Source of the DNA: the human T2T-CHM13v2.0 reference genome, Homo sapiens
Direction: 5' to 3' (one strand)
Length of the DNA: 64,000 nucleotides
Assembly (NCBI RefSeq): GCF_009914755.1
Contig: NC_060944.1
In this document: positions 16,556 to 33,934 of the stretch, in pieces
How positions within the stretch are numbered: position 1 is the first letter of the stretch
Layout of the letters: every line of letters begins with the position of its first letter
The notes under the pieces: model-generated
The model's input: the letters and a program-made list of their open reading frames with translations, nothing else
What the model was told of the DNA's origin: nothing
Databases searched by the model: none
Translations under genes and position numbers: made by a program

Positions 16556-16572
16556 TAACCCCATGCCAGGCT

Positions 16573-16880
16573 TTTTTTTTTTTTTTGAGACAGAGTCTCT
16601 CTCTGTCACCCAGGCTGGAGTGCAGTGGTGCAGTCTTGGCTCACTGCAAACTCCGCCTCCAAGCTCTGCCTCCTGGGTTCATGCCATTCTCCTGCCTCAG
16701 CTTCCCAAGTAGCTGGGACTACAGGTGCCTGCCACCATGCCCGGCTAATTTTTTGCATTTTTAGTAGAGACGGGGTTTCACCATGTTAGCCAGGATGGTC
16801 TTGATCTCCTGACCTCGTGATCTGCCTGCCTTGGCCTCCAAAAGTGCTGGGATTACAGGCATGAGCCACTGCACCTGGCT
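16573..16880 (-). mobile_element. AluY-like SINE with an internal 13-bp duplication
   Basis: AluY diagnostics 'gttagccaggatggtcttgatctcctgacctcgtga' and 'ttcatgccattctcc'. Confidence 0.93.
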
Positions 16881-19837
16881 TGCCAGGCTCTTTTAAACAA
16901 CCACCTTTTGTTTGGACAAATGAAGTGGGAGCTCACTTGTTACTGCAAGGACAGCACCAAGACATCCACGAGGGATCCGCCCCCCTGCTCCAAACACCTC
17001 CCAGTAGGTCTCACTTCCAACATTGGGGATCACATTTCAACATGAGATTTGGAGAGAACACACATCCAAACAGCATCAGGGCTTTTCTATAAGCATTCAC
17101 TACACACACAAACACACGTTGGCAATATTGAAAGTACAATCTTTTTTGTGGTTTAAAAATATAAACAGTATGCATTTTTCTCTTCAACTTGTTTGTTTGA
17201 GATGGGCTTTTGGGGAAAGGATGAGGCTTGTGTGGTGAGCTCAAGACACATGCGCTGACATTATCTTAGTGTCCCTGATGTTTGGTGAGTGGGATGCAAT
17301 TACAGGAGTCTTGAAATTGAGGCTGTACACAGAGTCAGGCGTGGTGGCTGAGCTATGAATCTGGGCTGGGCTGCCATTTGGTTTAGAGAAATTTCCAGTG
17401 ACTGGGAGAGGGGATTGTACCAGGTCTAAGGCCTACCTACAAGCAGAGGGGCTGGTAAAGGAAGTTCAGGCACTTTGGGGAGTGAAGGCCCAGGGAAATG
17501 AGTTAACTCCATGCAGAAGGCACCCCTGGCAGAGGCTAGTATGGGCTAGGCTAGTACTTAGTGGACATTAAGTTGTGCAGATCTTCCCTGAGCATGTGGC
17601 TTTGAGTCTTAAGAGAGTGAGGTCAACTTCAGCCCCTACCTGCTGGTAGACAGGACTCCTAATGTTAACCACACCTTGATATGGATGGGCTGCAGCTAAG
17701 CTTCCAGATTGACGATCCTTGTTTTTTGTAGCTGAGAAGGGCTGGGAAGGGAGAAGGCTGATAGTTCTGTAACTTACTCTTGTCTGTCTGGCAAAGTCTT
17801 AACTGTTCTTAAAAACTGAATTTGGACTTCTGCTTTTGGGAGGATTAAGTAGATATGCTTTTCCCTATTTCTCTTACTAAGTCCAATTAAAAGCTCTTGG
17901 ACATTACATGTAAAATACCAGAAGACTGAAAAGTAGAAAGAAGAAGGCAGACAGGCTAGGCACCTCAGAATCTGAGAATGATAGGGTGGTGAGTTCTCTG
18001 GGTTTTCTTTTTGCCTCATCCACCCCAGTCTTGGAGCTGAAAAGGTTGGTAATCTGGAAATGCCAACAGGCACAGAAAAAACCCCACAACTCCAACAAAA
18101 ACCTGCTCTCTCTAGCCAAAACACCAGAACAGAAGTAACCTAACAAGACAGAAAACTTTTAACAACTGTTCTACTGCAGCAAAACACCACAGAAAAGAAC
18201 CATGGCCCAACCCCACCCATGCCACCAAGGGTCAGCTTTGGCCTAGCCTTCCCTTCTGGCAAGGCTGTGATGAGGCACCCCAATATCCCTGCTGGAGTGG
18301 TGTCAGAGAAGGCCGAGTAGTAATCTGGGCCTTTGATCTCTGTTGGCTGATAATGAGTCCACTCACCCCTCCCTCCACAGTTTCAGTGGAGACCATATAT
18401 GGAGTGCGGACTTACACCCTCACCTGGCAGCAGCAAGGTTTTTCTTCCTCTCTCTGCTGGGGTGGTGTCTGAAGGGTTGAGTGGAGAGTCAGGACTTTCA
18501 CCATTACCCAGGACTAACAAGGCCACCCCTACTGCAGTTTCAGTGGAGACCATGTGGAGATCCAGTATTCCTACTACTACTCAGCAAGCAGTATCAAGAA
18601 GTTCCCTACCTTTGGTGTCAACAGAAGCTGAGTAGAAACCTGAACGTCCATCTACAGCTAGCAATAATGAGAGGTATGGGATGGAGTGCCCCTCCTTTTG
18701 CACCTGCTGGAGTGGTATCAGAAAAATCAGTTAAAACAGAAGGCTTAAATAAGATCCAGAATTTCTGAAAATAATTTGAAAATGTCTAGGTTTCAACAAA
18801 AAGGCATGCATCATACCAAGAACTAGGAAGGTCTCAAACTTAGTGGAAAAAGATGATCAATAGATGATGCTAATACTGAGATGCTGGTATTATCTGACAA
18901 AGATTTAAAGCAGCTATCAGATCCTTCAGTGAACAGTTATGAACATTACTGGAACGAATGAAAAAACAAAAAGGCTCAGCAAATAAACTGAAAGTCTCAG
19001 TAAAGAAATGGAAGGTGTAAAGAAATAAATAGAAATTTCAGAACTGAAAACACATAAACTAAAATACAAACTCAGTGAATGGGCTCAATAGCATAATAGA
19101 GGAAAGAATCAAAGACCTATAAAACACAACAACAGAAATTATTCAATCTGGACAACACAGAAAATGACTGAAAAAAGTGAACAGAGCGTCAAGGACCTGT
19201 GGGACTATAACAAAATATCCAACATTCATATCACTGGAGTCCCAGAATGAGAGAAAAAAGACAGATAAAAAATAATGGTTGAAATCATTCCAAATTTGGC
19301 AAGAGGCATTAGCTACAGACTCAAAAAGGTGAGAAAGCCTCAAATAGGATAAACCCAAAGAATCCCACACCAAGAAGCATCATAATTAAGTTTCTGAAAA
19401 CTAAAAAAGTGAAGACATCTTGAAGGCAGTAAAAAGAAAAACAACACTTTACCTATGGGGAGAAATAATTTGAATGACAGCAGATTTCTTATCAGAGACC
19501 GTGGAGTCAAGAAGTAAGTGGCACAATATTTTTCAAGTGCTGAAAGAAAAGAACTGTCAACACAGAATCCTATACCTAATGAAGATATCTTTCAGGAATA
19601 AAGGGGAAATCAAGACATTCTCAGATGAAGGGAAAGGAAGATAATTTGTCATAAGTGGCATAGCCTAAAAGAAAGACCAGAGGAGTTTCTGTAAATAGAA
19701 AGGTGATAAAAGAAGGAAACTTGGTGCATCAGCAAGAAGAAAAGAAAATGCAAAAATAAGCAACACATGGGTAGAAACAAGAGACTTTTCTTGCCTTGAG
19801 TTTTCTAAATTATATTTGGGAATTGAAACACATTTTA

Positions 19838-20154
<317 letters not shown>

Positions 20155-20532
20155 TGAAACAAATTTTAAAACCCTGTCTGTTGTGGTTCTAAATGTATGA
20201 GGAAGAAATATTTAAGACCATTATAAATAGGGAAATAAAAGAATATAAAAGGAAATCAAGTTTCTACACCTCACTCAAACTGGTAAGATGATGACATCAG
20301 TAGACTTATAAGTTATGCATATGTTATATTTAGAACAACTATTGAAATTATACATGGAGACACACTCAAAAATACCATAAACAAATCAAAATGGAGTTAT
20401 AAAAAGTGTTCATATCGCTCACAGAAAGGCAGAAAAGAAAAAACAGAAATGAAAATCAGAGAAAACAAAAAGCAAAATGTCAGACAAGCCCCAGCATATC
20501 AACAATTACAATAAATATAAATGGCCAAAGTA

Positions 20533-21016
20533 TGTTTCATTCTGCTGAAGCAATGGCTAGAGTTGCCCCAAAAGTGGTAGCAAAGGAGTCCCCACAAGGG
20601 AGTACCCCCAAAGTATCCCAAGATGGGGCCAGTTGGGATTCCAAAGAAAGAAGCATTAAATGCCAGGGTGATCAGTTCAAGGCATTTATTAGGGGAACTT
20701 ACAGAGCACTACAGCATATCCTCAGGTGGACAGTGAAAGAAAGGTATGTTATACCTAGGTATGCCTATGCCAAGAGGATCAGGGCATGGAGTTCATATGA
20801 GGATTTAATTAATTTGGCTCAAGGCTGGGACCAATTTCTTTCAGTGTTTTAGGCAACAACCTAGATACCTTTATTAATGCCTGGGAATGTTCAAAGCCTT
20901 GGCTTCGGTTCAGCCTTGCTGGGAAAAACATGCAACTGGCTGGGTCACAGAGCCAACAAGGCACTCCCTGTTTTTCACTCAGAATGCACAAAATGGGGGG
21001 AATGGGAGACCCTACA
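20533..21016 (-). mobile_element. ERVL-class solo LTR (LTR42-like)
   Basis: TG..CA ends, perfect 5-bp TSD aagta (20528-20532 and 21017-21021), minus-strand AATAAA at ~20685. Confidence 0.85.
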
Positions 21017-21339
21017 AAGTACAACAATGAAAAGGCAGAGATTGGAAGAATGGATTAAAAACATGACCCAACTATATACTATCTACCAGATGCTCATTTA
21101 AAATATAACAATGTAGGCAAGTTGAAAGTAAAAGGATACAAAAAGATATATTAATAAAAAGAAAATAGGAGTGGCTATATTAATATTAGATAAGACAGAC
21201 TTCAGAAGAAAGAAAGATACCAGAGACTGAGAGGGACATTATATAATGATGAAAGTATCAGTCCACTAACAACACATAGCAAAGGGTAGTGTCATGTTGA
21301 AGAAACGTGTCTATGAAAATTTAAAGAACAACAGCAAAA

Positions 21340-22215
<876 letters not shown>

Positions 22216-24767
22216 TACAAGCCAGATTCTGGTCAAGTAATATTAATTATTTACTTTATGCCAGACACTGAGCTGCAGACTTGCAGTACACATGACACTG
22301 GGCACCTGCCTCAGTTTCTCTTCTGCATTATGATTTCTTTCTGAATCTGGGTGTCTCTCTAGTCATTGACTGGGCTTCTGCTCCATTCTTGGTCAGCAGT
22401 TCATGGATATCCTGTTTTTTTTTTTTTTTTTTTCCCATGAATATTGCTTCTGTTTGAGGTCTTCCCATTCCAGCCCCAGAACTGGGTCCTTAGCCCAATC
22501 ACTACAGCTTGAACAGACCACCTGGGACATTCAGCCTTTTGTGGAGGGCCCCCAGCTCAGCTTGCTGCTCCCACCATCTCTGCTTTCCCTCATTTTTGCC
22601 TCTAGGATTCTCCCAGTCTAGTACCTGCACACACATTTGCTGGATGGATGTCCCTCTAGATGATGATAAACACCTCTTTATGGCACTTTGCAGAGCTGCT
22701 CTCTCAGCGATGGGCATCAGCATGAGTATAGCTGAAAGCTGAGACTACTTCTCTTATGTCCCCTCTCACTTCTCCTCTAATGAGCCTCCCTAATTTTAAA
22801 GGTGCTATTTCCTGGGTGGTTAAAGGAAGATGAGAGTTTTATTAAGGAAAATGCCCAAGTATCATCGTTGCTAGGGAATCCACCTGGGAGTCTTTGCTGC
22901 AAATGTGCCTGTTTGTCATTTCATGCCTTACTTGGGGCACTGACTTTGCTGCCAGGAATACCAAATCTGTTTTTCCTAAGCCACCACTGGGACAGATAGC
23001 TGGGAAGATGACCCCACTAATAGCCCATTAGTATACAAATTCAAAAATGATTCAGCAGTTCAGGGATAAGAGCTCCATGTGGGTGCAAACACATCCTCAG
23101 GCTTGGCTGGGGCACAAGATTGCAGCCTTGGTCTTCAGCAGGCAAGGCCAGGTGCTTTGCTCCTGAAACAAATGGATCAATGTGCTGGTTATTGCTAACA
23201 AAGTACTAGTTGGGCCCATTTGTGGGTTAAAACAGCCATCTCTAGACTGGTGGGCCCAGGATCCTTGTTCTTAATTGATTTCTCTTGCTTTTCTTGTGGA
23301 AATGAAGTAAGAAGTTGCTTATTAACCAATTTACTTTGACCATTTTCCATTCCTTAACCAACCTGCAATAATTCGTAGCATTTCTGGAACAAAAGCAGCA
23401 GAGGGCTCCTCCTGAGTTAATATTGGTGAATTACGTGTCCAAGATAGAATGGTTTTTGGTTGTGCAGGTTAAGAAGTAAGCCTTACATGCTGCAGGGTGT
23501 TGGCTATAAGTAACTGCTCCTTTTATGGAAGTCAAAGAATGCCTATCTCCTGGCAGTAATCTGTTCCCTGTTGCCAAGGTACCAGGGCACTGGGTATAAC
23601 TTCAGGAGATCTGGGTTCTGGTCTCAGCTGTAGCATTTTCTGCCTTATAACCTTGGACAAGTCATAGAAAGAAATGTTCTAGAGTTGAAAGAGCTCATCT
23701 ATGGCTCAACCCCTCTGTATCAACTTTGCTTACCCATGCTGTCTTTGCTTAGATGTTTCCAAGACTCACTACTGAGAAGCCTACTTCAATAGACAAATTC
23801 TGAATATGAAACATAAAATGGAGTTTGTTCATTCTTTTATTAATTGGATGTTGGCTGTACTTGTAACCACATCTCCAGGTTCACTGACCTTGGAGCCCAT
23901 GGATATTCACATCTTATCCATTGCATGAAGGCGGTCTCTGTGGAATCTTTCTAGAAACTTGTAAGACGGGACTTGTCCACAAATTAGACTTGCTCAGTGT
24001 GGCTATCAGGGTTGGCCAATCTGGAGCTTTGTATCTGCATTGGAGTGGGCAACGCAGGCCTTCTGCCTTCTGCTTCCACATCACGGCCTTGAAGTGCTGG
24101 GTTGTGTGCAGGAATGAATGACCCTCTTCCCGTTTTGTGCTGCACTTTTTTGTTTGTGTCTTGAAGATGCACCTTCTGTGCCCAGATGTTCATCACATCT
24201 TCAATGAAGGCATCTCTTTTATCTTCCAACCTTGATTTTTCTTTCCTCAGGGGCTCTGGCCTGTATCCAGTCTACCTTTGCCCATTTCTTCCCTCTCCCC
24301 CAGTGAAAGAAAATGTCTCCCTTCAGCCAAAACAATAGCCACCGTGCAAGAGGCTTGGGCAAGTTGTCTTAGAGAGGAGGGAATACTGTCTAAGCTCTGC
24401 TCCCGAGAAGCCACTGACTGTCAGCTCTGGCTTGGTGGACTGGACACTGTAGTAGTGAGTAGAGTGCCCAGAACAGTACTTAGTATAATAGGCCCTTGGT
24501 AAGTGACAGCCAATATGGCAGCCTCATTCCCATCTCCCAGGCCTGGTGTAAGATAATGTAGATCCTGACGTATGGACAGGATCAAAGGCAGGAGGTGTCC
24601 TGAGAACATGAAGTGGGCCCAGGATTGGAGCAGCCTGGAAGAGGGGAAGACTCACTCTGGGAAGCTCCAGCTTGCCTTGTTCCCAGCAGAAGCAGCAGGT
24701 GGAGCAATCGGCAAAGATCATTCCCTTTCTCCCTGTGCACATCTTCCCTCTAGAAACCACTGCAATT

Positions 24768-25069
<302 letters not shown>

Positions 25070-26357
25070 GAAACCACTGCAATTCTTGAATCTGAGTCCA
25101 GCGGGAATGATGCTCAAGATTGGGCCACTATCATCCAGAGACTGGCCTCATGGAAGATGTGACACTGGAAAGAGCTATGAGTATGGGTGAGCCATTCTGG
25201 GGCTTGTTGAACTCCAGGTGAGGAGGTGAGGAACCAGGATGATGGCCTCACATCCTGCTCTACTCTATCTCACTCCATTCTGGGCTGATACTCCCAGAAG
25301 CTCTGGCAATAGGGTCTGGTGCTAGGTTGGAAGGCTATGTGGCTTTCTCAGGGGGGCCAGAGAGAGAATCTAAAGTTGAGACAGGATGCAAAGCCTAGAG
25401 CTGGGAGATGGGGTGCAGATTATTGAACCAGGAGCAGGTTGAACTGTGGCATGCATGGTAGTTGAGGGTAAGCTGTTGAGGACCAGGACAGCGAAGGGGC
25501 AAGATTGTGTTGGAAGCTTCTTTGTGCATTCTGTGGGCAGGAGTCTGGGTCAGCCTGAATGGTTATTGGAGTCATGTAGGGATGGGCGCTTTCATCTGAT
25601 TATCCTACAATCAGATGGATTTGATTCTGCATGTTTCCAAAGACCTGCTGGATACCCCCACATGCACATCCCATAGCCAATTCCATTTTATGTCTTGATG
25701 GTATATATTCTGCCCTTTCTCACATTTTCTGTCCTGGGAACGGCACTACCATTTACCGAATTGCCCAAGGCAGAAACTTTTCCCTTCCTTACCATTTATA
25801 ATGTCTTCTGGTCTGTTTTTCTTCCTAAATATCCTTGGAGACTATCTCCTGTCCTCCCTACTCATTGCCTTTATGTCAGTCAGTTCTAGTGTTTTCTCCC
25901 TGGGGCACAACATCCACGGCTCCCGAGATCCTTCTGCTTCTGCCCAGCAAATCCACCTTCCATGGGGTCCCATTTCTATATCCCAACCTTAGGCATGCCA
26001 CTTCCTTACCTAGAATGAATCCTTGATGTCTTCAGGGTAATGTTCAGACCTTGCAGGACCCACAAAATCCTCCACATGAGTTGCTGAAGTATCTGGTACT
26101 TTCTCCCTCCACTTTCCCCCATGGCTTCCTCTTCCACCTTCTCATCATAGTGGATAAAATTTATTGAGCATTTATTGTGTATTGGGTCCTGTGCTTGGAG
26201 CTTTACAAATATCTTGCTGATTCAAAGAACAACCCCATCTGTAGGTCTTGTGCTTTGACCACCACGTGGAACCCCTCCCTGCTCTCCAGCTCTGCAATGC
26301 CCCAAAGCTCCATGTCTTTTGGAAGGTATACAGACTTTGTATCAGATTTACTTTACT

Positions 26358-26562
26358 TAAATCCTCACTCAGAAGCTGTGTTACCTTGTGCATGCTATTT
26401 AGCTTTTCAATGCCTCAGTTTCCTCATCTGTAAAATGGGAGTAATGATGGTACCTACCTTGTAAGAGAGCCCACTGCAGGGGGTTGTTGTGAGACATGTA
26501 GGAGAAAATACCTGTAAAGGGCTCAGCCTGGTACCTGGTGTGCCTGTAGTACTTAACAAATG
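26358..26562 (+). mobile_element. MIR SINE
   Basis: MIR core 'tgcctcagtttcctcatctgtaaaatgggagtaatgatggtacctacc'. Confidence 0.8.
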
Positions 26563-28029
26563 CCGAGCGTGACACCGCGTGCTTTGGATACCCTGTCTTC
26601 CTTCTGGAAGAGTCCTACACCAACCAGACAGTCAAGTCACTGCCATTCTTCAAGGTCATTCTTTCTTCCCAAGATCTTGTACAACTTCCGCAGGCTGGAA
26701 GAGGCACCCTCCCCAGTGATCTTGGAGGGTCTGTGTTACCTCTAACATAGCACTTACCTCCCTGGGAGCAGTTGGGGTTTTCTTGTCTCTTGAGGGCAGG
26801 ATCTGTCCTTGGCCATCTGTGTGCTTAAGGGCCAAGAACAGCATTTGACACAGAGCTGGGCTCAGTGAGTGCTTGCCAGTGGGCAGGAGCTAGCAAGTGT
26901 TCGTGAGATCCTGGATGGTGGAGGAGTGCCTTCCACGTCAGCTGTTTCACGGTGTGCCCTGTGCTACAACCTGACGTGTGACAGGAGAACTTAGGAGGCC
27001 TGTCACACCTCTGACCTCCTGACAGATTTAGTGTAGGTTGGGGCTGTCTGTATCTCGGATCTCCCCCCATCCTACCCCAGCAGTAGAGTCACATTTGCAT
27101 ACTGCAGCCATGATCAAGTTAAAAGAATAGTTGAGATGAAAGGAGCCAAAAGCCAGGTCTCTTGGGCAATTTCTCTGGTAATGCAGGAACAGAATTATCC
27201 AAGGAGTGATTGACAAATTAGAAGCACTTTGCACCTAATTTTAATGCATTTGGCTCCTTGAGAGGAGGAATATGTTAACTTAAAATTATTCACCTTGCAG
27301 TAGCTTCTGTCTTTCAAATCAAAATCAATCTTCATGTGGGGTACTAAATCTTAAGGAAACAAATTGCTTTCTATGGTACATTGCTTTCTTTAAATGGCTT
27401 TATTTGGAGGGCCAGCTGAGCAAGTTAATTTCAGTGGCACAGCTGGCTGGCGATTGTGGAGTAGGCATTCTCCCATGTAGTTGGAGGGAGCTTGGTCTGG
27501 TGCTCATTAACCACCCTTGGATTAAAGAAACAGTGAGTAATTGGCACATACATAGGACCATGGGGTGGAAATTAAAACAGTTTCGAGACCCAAGTTGTTG
27601 TGTTGATGTACAAGAGTTTGAACTTGGTCCTGGGAATATCCTTTTTTTCTCTCTCTCAGTGGCTCCCAAATAGCTGCTTCTGTACCTTAGGGCCACGTTA
27701 TCTCTCTCATCAACCATTATGGAAACCTATTCCTGGAAAAGGACCACATAGACTCATTCACATGAAGGTGATCATAACTGATGGCAGCTTGAATTGTGGT
27801 ATAATCTTTAATTTTTTTTTTTTAATTTCAAAAGAAGATGAAGCCAAAGCAGTTAATCTCGAATTAGAAATTTTTTGGCAAGAACTGGTGAGTGGAGACC
27901 TGCTGCCATCCCCAAGGGAGCTGCCTCCCCTAGAATCATAACATTCTTTAGCAAGAAGGAAATAGAGGTTTTTCTAGTTAAATTTCTTACAGAATGCAGA
28001 AATTTCATTACAGAATACTTTAATAGTTG

Positions 28030-28960
<931 letters not shown>

Positions 28961-29029
28961 TGAAAGGCTATTAAGGATAATTTACTTAGAAGTAAGAGGC
29001 GACAGTGGTGGCAGCAGTTTTTTAAAAAA

Positions 29030-29420
29030 CAACTCATTTTATAAGTCATGTATTTAAAATAGAAACACAAGGAAAATAACAATTACCTATAAAAAGCTAT
29101 TTTTTGCATATGTCCTTCCCTATACACATTTATCCAAGGATTCATATTGTATATTTTGTTTTTTCACTTAGGAATATTTTCCAATGTTACTAAGCAGTCT
29201 TCTATAAGTCCATTTTTAATGCCTCCCTTATACAGGAAAAATGATAATTAATCACCTATTGTTGGGGATTTAGGTTGTTTTCCAATTTTTCCATCTTGTG
29301 AAACATGCTGCTAGGTTTTTGCACTCATCTGTGATAAGTTTCTAGAGATGGAATTGCCGAGGGCAACAGGTGGGTACAGTTTTTGATATTTGTTGTCGAA
29401 TTGCACTTCAGAAAGATCAT
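29030..29420 (-). mobile_element. L1ME-like 3' fragment
   Basis: 'cctattgttggggatttaggttgtttttccaatttt..ctagagatggaattgc'. Confidence 0.5.
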
Positions 29421-29701
29421 GCCATATGAAACATACTATTTTATATTTCTAAAAGCAGCATGTTGAAGATTTTGCTTCTGCAGTTGTTTCAAGCAGAGTT
29501 CTTGGCAATGTGGACAGTGCTTGGTAGTAACACATTCAAAGAGAAAAGGTACCCCGCTTTTAGGAACCCCAAATTAGAGCAATACTGATGGAAAGAACAA
29601 TAGAAGGGACCCAGGAACAGAACAAAATGCCTAACTTAAAATTCTGTTTTAAACATTTATTTCTGTTTTCTACTTTGTTATGGAATATGCTTTTTATTTT
29701 A

Positions 29702-29945
<244 letters not shown>

Positions 29946-30504
29946 TCAGGTACCTTCAGAAACTGATACCTGAAGGTATCTTTTCTCATTCAAGCCACAT
30001 GATAGGATTTGCCAGGATGTGACAAATATTTCAAAATTCACACCCCAGATCCTGGGATCTTTGACACAGTAACCTGAAGATTCCTTGTGTAAAATGTACC
30101 AAAATACCTGATCAATTTTACTCAAAACAAGTACTAATTTCTGGTTGTATTTGTAGTAGAATCAGCTTGAATAGTTTTTAGATTCTTGACATATAACATA
30201 GTTAAGTGGATCCTCCAAACTGATATCTGATTTTTTAAACAGTTTTGCAAAAGATGTGGAATACACTGATTCCAACTAAATATAGCAGGTCCAATCTCTC
30301 AAAGATTGCATATAAGGCAATCAGACAGCTGCTGTCAAAGGAACTGATGCTTCTAAAGTTCCAAAGTACGTCACTAAAATCTAAATCACTTCCTCACACA
30401 TATACAAAACTTTAGAATTCCATAGGGAAACAGATATTTATTTTAGCCATAAAACTCTAAAGATGTTCTAATTTGTTGTCCATCTGACCACAAAGGCGTT
30501 GTAT

Positions 30505-30905
30505 AGCAGCTGGTTTTGCAGTTGGTTGCATGTGACAGAAACCTGACTACAGTGTTTTAACCAAGCTGGAGTTCATTTCTTTTACATAACAAGAAGTCCA
30601 GGGCTGGTGCAGCTGCTTGAAGAAGTTTCCAGGAATCCAAGTGCCATCTAATTGCCTGGTCCATCATCTGTGTAATGAGATTTTTTTTATCCTCCTGTTT
30701 GCAAGATGTCAAGTAGATAGGGGAAAAGCTAAAGCTGTGTGCAAGCTAATTCTGTTCCTTTTTATTTAAAAAAATCTGTTTTCATCTTACTGCCTCAAAC
30801 AAGGTCCACAGGCTACCTCCTAGCTGCAAAGGAGTCTGGAAATATGAAATGTGAGTATTTTTAAATTGAGGTTATTAATAAGGTTGAATGGGGAGAATGT
30901 GTTGG
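30505..30905 (-). mobile_element. Old MLT1 (K/L-like) LTR
   Basis: 'ggttgcatgtgacagaaacc..aagaagtccagggctggt..cctagctgcaaaggagtctggaaat'. Confidence 0.55.
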
Positions 30906-31061
30906 AAAAGTATTAGTCTCGGGACTTGAAGTCATTTGTCTTAATTTCAGCTCTCTCACTTGCAGGGTCTGCAAACATGAACAAGTCACCCTTTTATCTT
31001 TGGCTTCAGTGTATCATCTGTGAAATGATGAGGTTGGAGAAAATGATCTTGAGAGCCATAG

Positions 31062-31260
31062 GGTACAGGAGCTGGTTCATATCAACTTATGGGAGCTGAC
31101 TGTGTACTTCTCATCCCAACTCTGAGTTCAGCAGTGTCATGTTGGTGGCCTGAAATTGGCATTAGTGAGAGTATTTTACACCATGGAAATTAGCAAATGC
31201 TGCAAATCAGGGTATTCCCATCCACTCCCTCCCTAAGAAGTTTGTTAAACATTTACCACT
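31062..31260 (+). mobile_element. MER63A-like hAT-Blackjack element
   Basis: 'cccaactc..gttcag..gtcatgttggtggcctgaaattggc..acaccatggaaattagcaaatgc..gttaaacatttacca'. Confidence 0.75.
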
Positions 31261-32127
31261 GTCTGAGAGGCCTTCCAGTATTAACAGCCTCTGGATATAT
31301 CATTTCAATTTTATAAATCAGAGTTTCAAAGGGCAATGAGACCTTACTCCAGAGACTTCTAAGCCTCACCCATTCATTTTTCTGTTTTATGTCTCTAGGT
31401 TTCTCATATCGTCCCCTTCTCCATTTCCTTCAATCCTTGCTTTCTGCTTTTTTACCTTCTCCTCACTCTGTCTCAGAGACCATGTCATGAAATTTAGAAA
31501 CAAGTTTATTTGTTATGACTATACACCAGGCTTTTGTGTTTCTGATTGTCAAATGAGAATCTGTCAAATGTCTAATGTGATATGCATTTAATCTAAATAT
31601 TTAAAAAACAAACACCACTTCTTTCTTTCCACCATTACACCTGAAGTTGATTTTTACTTAAGTACAACCCTGAATTACTTTTCTTCCTAGTGTATTTTTT
31701 TAATGATCAAGGATTACTTTTAATCATCTGCTAATCAACAATATGATTAAGTATTTTTTCAATTTTGTCGACAGCACAGAATTGGAAATTGACTTACCAA
31801 AGGCTTGGTTGCCATCTCATCAGAATCATTAACAATTTTTATTGTGGAGTTTTTAATTAAACTTTTTATTCTGAGATAATTGTAGATTCACATTCAGTCG
31901 TAAGAAATCATACCAAGAGATACAGAGTTGTGAGAATAATACAAAGTTTACATTCTGCCAAACTGTGGTACAATATCATAACAAAGATACTGACACTGAT
32001 ATATCCTAGTGCATCTAAAATTTTCAATCAAATATTTAAGGTTCTGTAACATGGTTTTGGATATGAAAGGGAGTGTACCTCCCACAAAGGAAACAATTAT
32101 TATTATTCTTTTATCTTTTAAAAAATG

Positions 32128-33787
<1,660 letters not shown>

Positions 33788-33934
33788 GGAAACAATTGTT
33801 AGGCCCACAGCAGGTGCCAAGGGGTCCAGCCAACTTCCTTCTTCTGTTTAAATCTGTCCCCATCTTTTCTCTTCCCAGCATTCCACAGCTGGGTCTTTTC
33901 TTGCTCAAGTTGGATGAAAAACAAAGTCTAATAT

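Larger units (their letters stand above)
15857..17078 (-). mobile_element. MSTB-like MaLR solo LTR, split by an L1 and an Alu
   Basis: 'tagtccattttgtattgctctaaaggaatacctgagactggg..' to 16080, resuming at 16881 to 'catccaaacagcatca'; TSD aggct/gggct. Confidence 0.88.

Noticed and set aside
18230-18730. CRISPR-like repeat-spacer array
   Set aside because: The repeats are degenerate L1 5'UTR monomers in eukaryotic DNA, with no identical repeats or cas genes.
20406-20852. 148-aa ORF
   Set aside because: It runs across an L1M/LTR junction and is a chance open frame.
29951-29978. 9-bp inverted repeat taccttcag/ctgaaggta
   Set aside because: Short enough to arise by chance in 64 kb, with no TSD or RNA-gene context.
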